A stretch of DNA of 64,000 nt from positions 806,001 to 870,000 of the forward strand of contig NEEC01000007.1 in assembly GCA_002189035.1 (NCBI GenBank), written 5' to 3'. The translations under genes were made by a program, and so were the position numbers. Of the stretch, positions 37,103 to 49,822 are shown one piece after another. This stretch comes from Utricularia gibba. Taxonomy: Eukaryota; Plantae; Magnoliophyta. The stretch's first letter is position 1, and each line of letters begins with the position of its first letter. A model generated the notes under the pieces. That model searched no databases, was not told where the DNA came from, and saw only the letters and a program-made list of their open reading frames with translations.

Positions 37103-39516
37103 TTATCCGGCGAGATCATGGAGAAGTTGAGCTCCCATCAAATTCCTATAAGGAAGTGTCTGGCTTTCTGAATCCAACAGTGAGTACTGCTCCGTTTGGC
37201 ATTCTTCAATCTGCTCTCTACTGTAGAAAAGCGAGCTCTGAGCTGCAGCAGAAGAAAACCCCAACCCGCCACCACTTGCTCCGCCTTGCAGATGAAGCCC
37301 AAGTGTTAAAGAAACCCCACCCCCGCCGCTGCTCTGGAATCCGATCGCGCCTCCGGGGGCGTCGTTCAAATACGGGACGGCGGCTGCGGGGTGGTGGCCG
37401 TGCTGCCAATCAAGCTCCATGGCGTTGTAAGAGTTGATGAACGCCTGTTGTTCATTGAGAAGAACCTTGCTCTTTCTTATATCATTCTTCTCTTGGGATA
37501 CGACGATGGATGTTAAACATTCGGGATCTATTCGGACAAGCTGGTCTTGCGTCGGCTTTTGATCCTCCAGCCCTTGCGGGTTCCGACCATCCATGTTCCC
37601 GCCGCCGCCGCTGTCGGCCGATGCCGACACTATACCCTCATTCTCTTTCACTTCTTCAAGGTACATCTCTTCCACCATCGGCTTCCATAGCCTCACTCTT
37701 GCGTTGATAAACCAATTTGAAACCTATACAAAACCATGCAATATACATGAATTCCTTAATCCTATACAACTTCAATCATAAAATATGATAAACTTAGTCT
37801 ATTTCTCGTAAAAAAAAAAAATTCATTGACTTGCCTGGCTTCTTGAGAGTCCGGTTTGGCGAGCAAGGATATGCTTATCAACATCACAAGGGTACCTAAA
37901 ACCAAACCCCAAAGTGTATTGTAATGAAAAATAAATTCATAGTTGGTCTAAAGATGCGATTTTTATGTCATAAAACATTTTAACAAGTCACTATTTTTAT
38001 ATTTTGTAAACCTCTGTAACATTAGGGTGGTAACTTACGGGTGTAAGAAGTGTTCGAAAAGCCAGGCGCGGAGGACGGAGACTGCGCGCTCCGGCAGGCC
38101 GCGCTGGGGGCGCCAAGGGTGGCTGTCCATGAGGCTCATTTGCTGTAGAGCCCGTTGCTGCCGTAGAGTTTGATCAAGGAGTCTTAGTCTTGGGGTCTCC
38201 CCTTTAGTGGTCCCTGGAGCGGCCGCGTCCTTATCTCCAATGGCCTTCTTCGTCGCTCTTATTTGGCTCACGATTCCATCTCTCAGACATCGGAAATGCC
38301 TCGACATCGCCTTGGACGCCATCGCCGAATAAGCGGTGGCCCTACCGGCTCCGACAACCGCCTCGAAAGAGGACACAACGCCTCTCATCTGATCACAGTA
38401 GTACTTGTACCTCCGATCCACCTGAATACAATAACATGGCAACAAAAATGTATCTGATGGCAGAAAATGTGGAGAATAAAAAGGAAGGATTGAGGTTCAA
38501 AATTTAATGGAAGTCTTGAGTTGTCATGTGAGCATTAAATAGTGAAGAGCCTCTTCACTCGTAGGTAGTTCAGATTTTTAACTACACTTTCACCTGGTAA
38601 AGTAGGCTTATTCAACTGAAGAGAAAAATCGATGCTTATTGTAACATGTAGCATGAGAGATTGGATGATTTTGTTTTGTTCTTGAAATACGTACCTCTAC
38701 CAGCATTTGAAGGAGCTTTGTTTTTCTTCTCTGCAACTCAAGGAGATCGAGAGAGTAAAGCGACTGTTTCTTGATGATGATTTCCTCCTGATGTTCAATG
38801 GGTTTCTGTCCCTTGAGTCTCAAGGAATTCTCAGTGATATCTTTAGTGCTAAGACTGCAGAATTCGTTGAGAAGTTCCTGTGCGGGAGACAAGTATCTGG
38901 AATTTTTTAAGATGGACTGTGCCTGAAGAACATGCGGCTGGGGATTTAAACACCGGGAACTCGACGCTCCGAATCTTAAATCTTGTCGGAGCTCGAAGTG
39001 CTGTAAGCCGATGGCGGAGGGATTGGAAGAGCTTAGAGAAAGTGAAAGCCCTTGGCTCGGGCGCTCGTTACCCTCGCAGGGAAAAACGCAGCTGGTTAAG
39101 GAGTGATCGTCGCCGGTGATGAACGCTCTTCCGGAGTTATGTTGTTGTTGTTCGTGGTGATGCTGGCTCCACGGTGGCGGAGAATTAATCAAGGCTTCGT
39201 TGCTCGGATCGGGGATGCCTCTGAAATCATGATGATAAAACTCGGACGAACTCGGTTCGTTCAACGTATCCTTACCGGAACACTGAGTCCCACCGCCGTG
39301 GAACGCGGTACTCTCCACCGCCGCAGCTTTACTAACCAGCTCCTTCCACATCACGGCGGCGGGTTCCCCTTGCTTGGTCTGAAACCCTATCATCTCCATG
39401 CCGGACGTCATACTATAGATCTCCGGTGCCGCCGCGTACCCCACCAAATCGGGACTCTGGTTTCCAGCGAAGGAAGCGTTCCCATAAACAAACCCCGTTC
39501 TCTCCTCAGCCATCAA
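37103..39516 (-). CDS. BEL1: BEL1-like TALE homeodomain protein (BELL1 clade); 4 exons; last intron GC-AG
   Basis: SKY box ([16 protein letters not shown]), BELL domain ([13 protein letters not shown]|VDRRY..YCDQM), homeodomain [26 protein letters not shown]|YP..SRSQ|[16 protein letters not shown] and C-terminal VSLTLGL and LLHDLAG. Confidence 0.95.
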
Positions 39517-39712
39517 TCAATCAAACATTGAAATCACCCCAAATTTATTATTGTTTTTCTCTGGGTTCTTCCAAATCAAACACAGAGAAAAGCGTACTCC
39601 TTTTTTTCTCCCACTCCACCTTTTTTCTCCTCACCCAAAAAGCTTAAACTCTCTTTCTCTAGGCACACAAGATACAAGATATAGGGAGAGAAAGAGAGAG
39701 AAATCCAGTGAC

Positions 39713-39728
39713 AGAGAGAGAGAGAGAG
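39713..39728. repeat. (AG)8 microsatellite in the BEL1 5' leader, a possible BPC/GAGA site
   Basis: Direct read of the sequence; about 200 bp upstream of the BEL1 start codon. Confidence 0.7.
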
Positions 39729-42700
39729 GGGGTTAATTGATGAGGAAGAGTAAAGTACTTATTGAGGTTCTTTGAAGAAGAAGCTGTTAAAAAAAAAAAG
39801 AAGCATTGGTGTGGTGGGTGGAGTGAGAAAACTTTGTGATTGGTCCTCACCTTTGTTCCTACCTAAATTCAAAAAATTTAATCTTATAACACCCCCCCCC
39901 CCTCAAAAAAAAAATTAAAACCTTATGTTATGTGAGCATATTTCCACCTACCCAAATCCAAATATCTATTTTTAATGAAAAATTAACAAATATACACATA
40001 TATTTCAAGAAGAGAAAAAAAAAGATAAGAAGATAAATAAACAAAACAAGAGTAGACAATATCTCCCACCTCAACCACCACAGAGGGGGGCCCATCTTGA
40101 AATCAGTGAATAATTTCATGCTCCCACCATTAAAATAGTGATTGGAACCATCCAAGACTTTGATCCCCCCAAAGACCTTTTTAATTATTTCTAGGTACAT
40201 TATAATAGAATTTTATTCCTTTCATACAAAAAAGTCTCCAGGTTTTATTTACTATTTCACATCTCTAAACACTCAAGTAATTCAATCATTTTGGAGCGTA
40301 AACAGTTTATAATAAATATTACAATATGTTTTTTTGTAAGAAACACATTCAAAAGATTTTTTTTAAAAAAGAGAGTCATTCAATTAAAATTAATCACCAT
40401 GGAACCCATTAAACTGCTATTTAAAACAATGATTGCAATTTATGAACACATATGTGATAAAATACATCCATCTTGTATTAAGTTGAGAAGAGCCATTTAC
40501 AAATTTAATAACTATCATTTTTTCTATACATAAATGAAAAGGTGATCAGATTACTAAATGTTTTAGGAAACCAAGAAAATCCTGATCATGTCACAAACTC
40601 CCGGTTTCTCCTGCCTCCAAACATGTTGTTCGTACAAACGCCCGGATCACAGGATTGTGACTAATCTACGCATGTTTCCTTACCAGACAGGAGGTTTTCT
40701 AACACATGAATGTCGAATTAAAACTTATAAGATGACTGAATCGCAGTTTGGAAGAAGGGGGCGCTGCCCCTGGAATGAATGAAGGATGACACACTGTGTT
40801 TATGGGTAGCAGAGCAGATGCTGCTGTACAGAATCCCAAGAAGTGCAGTGCAGTGCAGGGAAACTGAGGTCTGTGCAGCTTTTACAGAGGGTTATGTCAA
40901 TGAATAAAAGCAGGCTCCGGGAGAGGAGGGGAAGGGGGGCTGGTTGGAATGAATGCCCCCCCAAGTCTAAATTGTTCCTAAGATTGGAGCCTGCGTTGCC
41001 CAACTTGTGATGTGGTCCAAAATTTCCAACTAAACCTCATTATTATTTTTCTTTCTTCCTTCTAAAAAATAATGTTATCTGTTCTGGGGACCAGTCCCTT
41101 GGATTCAATTCTCTAAATTATCATGTCATTTCAGCTGCAATTTGGGTTCATTTATGTCTCTCTATTGCCTGCCTAATTGTGTGCCAAACCATCACAAAAA
41201 GCATTTCCTTTCCCTTCTTTCTCCAAAACTCTTGTTTTGAGAAAGATCTTGTTACTATGATGTCATTACCCTATCAATACCCCAACACCCCAATTATCCC
41301 GATCATGCATATTTGTCCCACATAACCATAGTTGAATCAAATCGTTTCGGATAGAAGGGTTTTAATGTAACAACCTATTCTTATTTTATATTATATTGTC
41401 TATTTTAATCATTCAATTTTCATAGTTTTACATTTTTTTCTTTCAAGAAAAAGGTTTCGTACAATATTGCATATGGTGCAATGGGAACAAGGAGGGTATG
41501 TGGTGTTGGGAACACAGGGACATGCCTGGATCTTGTTGTGTCCGGGATGGAATGAATGATCATGATGATGATTTAGACCTTCTCTTCAAACGGCTCCTTA
41601 TCGGTGCTTTGCTACAAGAGGAACTAATTAGTAGTTAGAGAGCCATTAGGAGAAACCAAAGCACTTCTACTTAGTTTCTTTGTACAACGACGTGGCCATG
41701 CCCCAAAAGTATGTCATACAGACTTGGACAATCATGACGCCTCTTTCCCTCTTCCATTAATGTCCTCATACATACATGTCGTGCGAGACCATTTCAAACC
41801 ACTAGACTCAAATCTCATTGGAAAATAGATACAAACTTAAACGAAAAAATAGTAAACCCTTTGTGTTACATCCACAATAGTAAACTTGCACCCTCGAGGT
41901 ATCATGCGTTTGAATTGGGTTACAACCTAAGTATAAGGTTTCGAATCATGATTCGAAGCGCATATGTTTTCGATTTCGAACCGATGATTAAATATTTAGA
42001 GATGTCTCGTATCTTACCTAGAATCATGGTTGGAATAACATTCACCAAAGCACCTATAAAATTAATGACCGTACATGCAATAGTCTCTAATTCTATGCTT
42101 CTAGTGTAGGATTAGATTTCATAGGTTCAATTCTGTATTTAAATCATGGGTGTACTAACATGTCCCCTAGGAGCCATTCGTGGGGGAACAAGGTCCACGC
42201 CCGTAATATTTGGTAATAACAGTAATACTTTTTTTAAATAATAAAAAAAGCAAATTCCCTTTTTTCATTGGTATAAAATTTATAATTTTTTTTGTTGAAA
42301 AATTGGATGGGATTGGTTCGCCCACTGGCTGGGTGGTCCTCTCTAATCAATTTGCAAATTGAATTTTGGGGGAAACTTGTTATTTGGCTTTTGGGTGGGA
42401 TTTATTAAAATTAATTTTATATCCGTTTTATTTGTTTACTTATGCAACTAAACTATTTATTAATCTGGTTGTAATATTGAAATTATGAGCAACGTGAGAG
42501 AACCGTGACATGTCTCATGCAGGCCATGGCCCTAGTGCCCCTCAACAAAGAAACCATAACTTAAATAATGGGTGACGTCGAATATGATAATGACATTGTT
42601 TCATAATTAATTAAGTAATTAATAATATATTGTTTTTTTTTTTTTGCATTTTTCGAATTTTGAACATTAGAAGGTTTGAATTAATTAATACAAAAAATGG

Positions 42701-43542
42701 ATAAATAAATAAAGAAAAAGAAAAGTGTGATGAGGGCATTGAAACTTGCACTTGTTTGTTTATGGGCTTTGGCTTTAATGGGATGGTGCTTTACAGAGTC
42801 ATATTACCATAGTGTGGTCCATCCCGTATTTTTCCACATTGGACCACCCAAATCTGCATGCCTATTGCCATGCCATGCCATGCCATGCCTGGATGCCCAT
42901 GTTGTCATGTACATGTACGGTTTTTAATTATTTCCTTGAGAGTGGGGCCGGGTCGACATGAACCGGGTGGCAATGAACTCCAAGGATCGATCCCGTTTCC
43001 TTCCTGTAATAAAACTAGGTACGATGTACCAGTCGACACAAATCAATTATTCATTATATATATAAAATAGTTATTGTGGTGGTATTCTATATTAGTTACA
43101 AATGAAAAATGAACATGCACTTAAATAGATGAATACTTTTAATTTTATATAAGATTTTTTTTAAGAAATAAAAATATAAAACTATGAAAATCGTATATCT
43201 AAAATGTATAATATCGTGTAAAAATATGGTTGAATATTCTAATATCTAATCCTCATGATTTTAAGTTATCTTCTTTAAAAAAAAAGTTTTACATAAGATT
43301 TGTATAATCATTCTACTCAATCTTATTTTTCACAACACACGTAATTAGTAATATATGTAATGCTTATATCTCAAATATGTAACCCACGTCATCTTCTAGT
43401 ACGAATCAAGTTCTTCATTGACTCATGATTCGACGAGTATGGAGCTATGCGGGTAAGTCTGGGGTGAGATTAAATAAAATTTAGATGATTTAGAAGTCAT
43501 TAAAGAAAACTAATGGGAAACCAAGTGTCCTGGTTGATCAGA

Positions 43543-45516
43543 TCAGGAGCTGTCTCCGTTAGCGGGCATGATTCTCATCTGAGACGGTCTCTGGAGCTCT
43601 TCTTTTCGTCGCCAGAATGCCCGCCTCCACCAAACCTCAAAGCCTCGCTGGATGTTGGGGCAATCCTCGCCTGAATTGAGGAATCGTTGGAGCCATGAGA
43701 GGAGTATCTCTTGCTGCCAGGACATGGGAAGTGTCAAGATGGTGTTGCTCAGGCCATCTTCGATCAGATGCCGATCGAGACCCCTTGACGCCCTTCTCAT
43801 CCATCCGAAATCCTCGTAGAAGGGAACTAGCCATGTTTCCAGGAGCAGGCATCGTGCCTGCCGTGAAGCCAAGACCTGCCCTTTCCCGATTCCAATGAAC
43901 AGCCTTGCTGTTACTCTGCTCACCTCGTATCTGTACACTGCCGGAACTTTTGGATGTGCTTCGGATAGCTCGGATAGTGAAACCCATGTCTTAAGGAACT
44001 CCTCCGCAATTTGCCTGTCGATCAGTATGTCTAAAAGCCAATGCAGATTATCAGACTGTCTGGCTATCTGGGCTGCATCCTGGATATCCCCTGCTGCTGC
44101 ATGTAGGAAATGAGAGTGAAGGGAGTTGAGGCAGCCATCACAGGCTGCATAAAGTGACTCCTTTCGCAAATCATACTTATGTGATGCATTCTCCCGGAGC
44201 ATTTTTGTAACCATGGTTTTCATTTCTCTCCTTGCCTTTTCATCTTTCCCTTCAAGCACAACCTGCAGTAGCTTGATAAGGACTTCCTCTTGCCCCATTC
44301 CATCGACAGGGTCGAAAGAAACTCGCTTCAACACTTCCGCAGCTCCACCACCCTCGAGCCTGAGTTCAGATAAGAGAGAGGCAACATGTTCCTCCTCCTC
44401 TTCAGCCCATGGTGCTGCTTCAAGGTACTCCAAACAAGACAGCACGCCTGCATCGAATCCAATCGCTGCTGATACCTTCAACAGCATCCACAGAACAAGA
44501 AACATCAGGAACACTGACGCAGCACTTCCAAATCATGGATGACAAGAAAACCTACAGAACTCTCAAGAATAGTGTTTAGTGACGTGCTCTGTCTAAGTTA
44601 TTTTGTAAAACCCCAGGAACGAGTCAAGTTGCAGGCAACCAGAAAACGTCAAATTCATTCATGGCTACTCATTCAGCATCTTTTGATGTGGGTTCGATTC
44701 AGAAACAATTTAAAAAAATACTCATATAATCTACAGTACAGATCACTTGCTAAAAAGGAGGTCCAAACAAGAGAGAAGCACCTTGAGAATGCCGAGAACA
44801 CGAGGAACATCCTCTTTCATGAGCTTCCTCCTCAAATCCTGGGAATACATCAATCTCAATGTCTCGATGTAGACCTCAATATCGTCACAATCAGCAATCT
44901 CCACGAAATACGGTCCAGAGTTGAGCTGCCTCTGGGCCCATCTCTCGTTCAACTTCAAAGCAAAGAACCTGCTGTGCGCCACCAGTATCTGCCTGTGAAC
45001 ACTCAAAGAAATTGTAATCCCGTCTTTAGAACTCAAGGTGAGCTTCACATCAGCCGAAACGGTGTCGTTAAACTGGTTCCCAGGGCTCCTAGACCCAAGA
45101 AGCTCCGTTAACCGCTGCTGAACCAAGGCCTTCTTGTCCGGTGGAGGCAGGATCGCGTAAAGCTTCGAGCTTTGTTGGACATGAGCTGGAACGGCGCCAT
45201 TTTGTACCACACCCCCTGCTCTTGGTTGACAATCTGGCTCATTAGCCATCATCTCGAAAAGGGTCGGGCTCGAGCGAGCTTTATCAGCCACAGGCGGCGG
45301 CGGCGACATGGGGTTAAGAAGGCCGGCGGTGAGTGCGGAATTGAACTTGCTCAATGAATTAGAAAAATTATCTTGAGCAGCGGTTAAACACCCACTATCA
45401 CTGCAGGACTCCGCCGCCGAGGGTGAATGCCGGGTCCTGAGATCTGTCACTGGGAAGGGCGTAAGCGGTAGAGTAGTGGGAGCAGCGGTGGCGTCCGTGA
45501 CGGAATGGGTAAGCAT
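43543..45516 (-). CDS. BTB/POZ domain protein (At1g63850-like); exons 45516-44782 and 44475-43543
   Basis: [40 protein letters not shown]|[23 protein letters not shown] and [17 protein letters not shown]. Confidence 0.93.
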
Positions 45517-45954
45517 CTCCTCTAATCGGAGGATTTGAGCTTGCGGGTGCCCTCGGATCTGTTACTGTCCTTCCGCTTCAAAAATCAATTGCCCCACTTG
45601 CTCATACAAAGAGAGGGAGACAACGTTGTGTCCATTACAAACGAATCATTAGATTCACTTACCAGACACCGACTGACGGACCGTAGAGTGTAGACGACAT
45701 CACTTATGGGCCGACATCTAAATCAGGCCCCTTAACACATCTCTACTCCCCCTCGGCCCAACACCCTAAACAATAATATTTATTAAATAAAAAACATTAT
45801 TTGTGTAAATTATTCTAACATTATTTGTTTAGGCGTGTGTGGTGTGTGTCGGAACAAACAAAATGGAGTGGGGCCCGCATTGTTTTGCTTATGAGTTTAG
45901 GGAAGTGTTGATGTCCACAAGCTTTTGGATCCCCAACTGCTCCACCCGAATCCG

Positions 45955-46398
45955 ATGGATGGAATGGGCTCGTCTCCGGCGCAGGACACGGGGGACGCGG
46001 GAGGAGGCGCCATGGCGATGATGCACATGACCTTCAACTGGGGCAAGAACACGGAGATTCTGTTCTCCGGATGGCCCGGCTACAATCGTGTGGGTATGTA
46101 TATACTGGCCTTAGTCGTCATCTTCTTCTTCGCCGTCATTTCGGAGTGGCTGGGCCGTAGCCGTGTCCTCCGTGGCCGGAACCACTTCTGGAAGACGGCG
46201 ATTTACGGGATCCGGGCTGGGTTCGTGTACTTGCTGATGCTCGCTATCATGTCCTTCAACGCCGGCGTGTTCCTGGCGGCCGTAGCCGGTCACTGCGCCG
46301 GGTTTTTCTGGTTCGAACGCCGGAATGACAACGGAGAGGCGGCGCCGGAGCTTGGGAAGACGGTGGACGTTAAACAGTCAAATTCCGTGTGTGTTTGA
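45955..46398 (+). CDS. COPT: Copper transporter (COPT/CTR family), intronless
   Basis: Met-rich N-terminus MAMMHMTFNWG, then ILFSGWPG, MxxxM (MLAIM) and GxxxG-type TM3 (AGHCAG). Confidence 0.93.
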   Translation: MDGMGSSPAQDTGDAGGGAMAMMHMTFNWGKNTEILFSGWPGYNRVGMYILALVVIFFFAVISEWLGRSRVLRGRNHFWKTAIYGIRAGFVYLLMLAIMSFNAGVFLAAVAGHCAGFFWFERRNDNGEAAPELGKTVDVKQSNSVCV

Positions 46399-46686
46399 TG
46401 AGTCATTCGAATAATGAGGTACTTACTGTTTCTAAGCAGCCATCCATCATTCATGACCACGATAGCTTGGCTTATGAGAATTCATTTTAAAAGAATATAA
46501 AAATTGTAGAATATGATGCATCCTCTAAAAATAAAGCTTTGATTGTGTAAACAAAAATTAAATGACATTTTCTAAATTTAATGAAATAAATATTACAGAA
46601 TCCAAGTTCCAAAGAATTTTTCAATCTGATGAACCATCCCAGACAAGTTGGATCATGTCAATATCTTCTGGAAGGGCTGTGAGTTC

Positions 46687-47395
46687 ATGCCACATCGCAC
46701 CAAGCATTTGAGCAAGAACTGCAAAACTGCTTCAGAAAATGGTTCTGAGCACAGTGATAAGCATTCGGAAGCTGGCTCACAGCAGTCAATTGATGATCTG
46801 CAGCACCATAGGGACTTTTTTCTTCAATCGAGACTTGCAGTCTTGGCTTCCGGAAGTTGCAAGAACAGCAGCAACTACCCTGATGATGATGTTATTCTTT
46901 TGGGGGTAGGCGATGAGGATTCTGAGGAGAGGCTTAGCTATATATCTGATAGTGTCCTTTTTCCAGAGAAAACGGATCTCTGTGATGAGATATCAGAAAA
47001 GTAAGCATCTCATTAGCATACTCGAGCTTGAAAACATGTCTAGTGGCTAGTGCTCCTTAGAGAAATTCCCATGTCAAGTAAATCTATTCTAGACAAGTCC
47101 TAGAGATTCGATCACCATAAACCTTGTTTTTCTCATCTGCTTTCATTGATTGACCAGATCTACTGAGCAAGTTGGGCTGAAGATTCCACCAACAAACTCC
47201 AGCCAAAAGAGACCTTCTAGATTTTCCACTGACCGGGTCCCCTCCAAAATTCAGAGTAAATCAATCCACCAAAACTTGTGCACTCCTGTCCGCTTCTCTC
47301 ATCTGTTTCCACTTCCTCAGGTTCAAGATGAGCTGCCTCCAGTGCTTCATCTGCACCTAAAACTCAGAAAATATGGCAATAGAAAATACTTCTAA
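46687..47395 (+). CDS. Putative orphan spliced ORF, about 183 aa (exons 46687-47000 and 47158-47395); no family recognised
   Basis: Two ORFs (46648-47004, 47150-47395) are joined in frame by a 157-nt intron, with donor AA|GTAAGC and a pyrimidine-rich acceptor ...TGACCAG|A, both phase 2. Confidence 0.35.
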
Positions 47396-48348
47396 GCTAC
47401 CTGCGATCATTGCTTGGCCCTGAAGGAGTCGAAGGTGACAAGAAGTACTGCATTTAAAAGAAGCGCAACGGAGTGTTAGTTTAGATGATCAGTCCATTCT
47501 TGTTGAATATGTTCAGTTTTCACCAATAAATACCCTTCTTTACCGGAGAGCAACTCATTGCAAGAACAGATTATCAGACTTTTCTCTGGTGCAAATATCA
47601 GCTGCAGAAATGCTGCTTGGGTAGTGTTGCTGTGTGTTGTGTTGTGTTCAGTTTATTTGAGAATTACAATGGATCGGGCTCATATATAACGAGCCTCGTG
47701 GAAATGTGGGCCGATCGGCCTAATAACCGCGAAGGGCCTTATTTTCCACATGGCGTAGACGAATTGGCACCGTTGAAGGATATGAACCACACAACGGGCG
47801 GGCCCGCAAGCTATGTGTTCTATTTCAACACCGATTAAAATTCTCTCAAACCAGATTCTTCCCTTGTCGAAAGTTGAAACTTCCTTCTGGTTCGAGGATA
47901 TTCTGCAATTCTTGGGGACCGTGGAGCTGCATATCATTCATAAGAAAGGGGGAAGTTTCCGCAAGGGATGTGGTCTCTTTTTTAGTTTCTGAGGTTGTGG
48001 TCGTTTGGGTCTTTCAGGGTGTTTGCTGAATTTATCTGTGTCTTCGTCTTTCTTGTGGCTTTTGAGGGGTTACTGTGAAGGGATTTGCCGTTGATTTAAA
48101 GGGTTTGGTGGGAGTGCTGCACCCGTGTTTGTGTGTGAATATTCTGGCCGGAGCGTCCAATAGACGGAACGTTGTGCATAATTTGCATCTTGGTTGGAGG
48201 ATTTTTGTTGTTTGACGTTTTGTAGATTATTTCTGGTGGGTTTTTTGTGAGGGGCATTCGAGTTAGGTCGTTGCCTTGTTCAATTTGAAGGTCAGAATTG
48301 ACGGTGCGAATCAAAGCTAGATTTAGGGATTTGGCTTGATTGGAAAAG

Positions 48349-49425
48349 ATGGTTGATACAACTGCTGCAACTTCCCTTCTGGGGCATCTGCCAATTTATG
48401 GAAGCTGGTATCTTGGGGATGCCATGAACAAAGGACAGCGAATGTGTCCTCGCCGGCTGCAGACTAACAGATTTGTGGGTAGGAAATATTGCTCACCCTC
48501 GACAAGAAGGCGTAGCGAGCGGCTTATCGTGCCAATGGTAAAGGGCCAAGCAATGGAATTGACACGAGAGACGTATTCGTATCGTGAGCAAGAGAGACCA
48601 CTCAGGGAATTTAGATATGGAACTGACACAACCGTGGATCGCAGACAGTCCCAGTGGCCTCCGGCGAATAAGGCTGATAACCCTGCTCTTGGTAACCCAT
48701 TGCTTCGGCAGGAAAGGATGGGTTGTGGGTGGTTAGGTGTTATATTTGAGTGGGAAGGAGTGTTGGTTGAAGATATTCCTGATCTTGAGAAGCAAGCATG
48801 GCTAACTCTTTCTCAAGAAGAAGGAAAATCACCTCCTCCGGGTTTCATTCTACGGAGGATAGAAGGAATGAAGAATGAGCAGGCAATCGCTGAAGTTCTT
48901 TGCTGGTCAAGAGACCCCAGTGAAATGAAGAGAATGGCATGTAGGAAGGAGGAGATTTACCAGCGGTTGCAGGGCGGGATTTATAGATCCCGTTCGGGTT
49001 CAAAGGAATTCGTGAATGTTCTTATGCATCACAAGGTGCCAATGGCGTTGGTCTCGACGCGACCCAGAAAATCCATTGAGAATGCCATTGGAGCCATTGG
49101 TATCGAGGGAGTATTTGCAGTCATTGTTGCAGCAGAGGATGTTCACCGAGGAAAGCCTGATCCTGAGATGTTCGTGTACGCTGCCCAACTTCTGAAATTC
49201 ATCCCAGAGAGGTGCCTTGTCTTTGGCAACTCAAATCAAACAATCGAGGCTGCACATGATGCACGAATGAAGTGCGTTGCTGTTGCCAGCAAACACCCTG
49301 TTTATGAGCTTGCAGCGGCAGACCTGGTGGTGCGGCGCTTGGATGAGCTCTCCGTGGTTGACCTGAAAAACCTTGCCGATACCGAATCCGGTGAGCCGGA
49401 GTTGGAGATGGAAACAGAGACATGA
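48349..49425 (+). CDS. PYRP2: HAD-superfamily phosphatase, 5-amino-6-(5-phospho-D-ribitylamino)uracil phosphatase-like (At4g11570-like, riboflavin pathway), intronless CDS
   Basis: Transit-peptide-like N-terminus, then ADNPALGNPLLRQERMGCGWLGVIFEWEGVLVED, GKPDPEMF and CLVFGNSNQTIEAAHDA. Confidence 0.85.
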   Translation: MVDTTAATSLLGHLPIYGSWYLGDAMNKGQRMCPRRLQTNRFVGRKYCSPSTRRRSERLIVPMVKGQAMELTRETYSYREQERPLREFRYGTDTTVDRRQSQWPPANKADNPALGNPLLRQERMGCGWLGVIFEWEGVLVEDIPDLEKQAWLTLSQEEGKSPPPGFILRRIEGMKNEQAIAEVLCWSRDPSEMKRMACRKEEIYQRLQGGIYRSRSGSKEFVNVLMHHKVPMALVSTRPRKSIENAIGAIGIEGVFAVIVAAEDVHRGKPDPEMFVYAAQLLKFIPERCLVFGNSNQTIEAAHDARMKCVAVASKHPVYELAAADLVVRRLDELSVVDLKNLADTESGEPELEMETET

Positions 49426-49822
49426 TCTCCACCCTCCCGCAAGCAGTTGGCCCTGATCATCATCAAATCTGGTAATCTCCTTAAAAATGTATATAACTGT
49501 AATTGTAGTTAGACAAGTCCATCATCATGTGTACTGTATCACCAATAGGAAACCCAAAAAGGAAACTGCATATCATCAGTCTTCATATTACTCTGTACTG
49601 GATGTTGTGCCTCTTCTATGCGTATAGTGATTATTCATTGCACTTGAGTGGTCTCTACTACATCCATTGTCATGTTTATCTTGCTCCTTCATAGACATTG
49701 AAGGTGGTTGATTCCTCCTGCTAAGATTAAAACCAAAAAGAGGAAGCGTCAGACATAATTGTTCCATTCACTTTTGTGAAGAACAAAAAGAAAGAATGGT
49801 AACAATTCATTTGGAATTACTT

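Noticed and set aside
41940-41957. 18-bp perfect palindrome TTCGAATCATGATTCGAA
   Set aside because: Single occurrence with no associated TIR/TSD or tRNA structure; possibly a repeat remnant.
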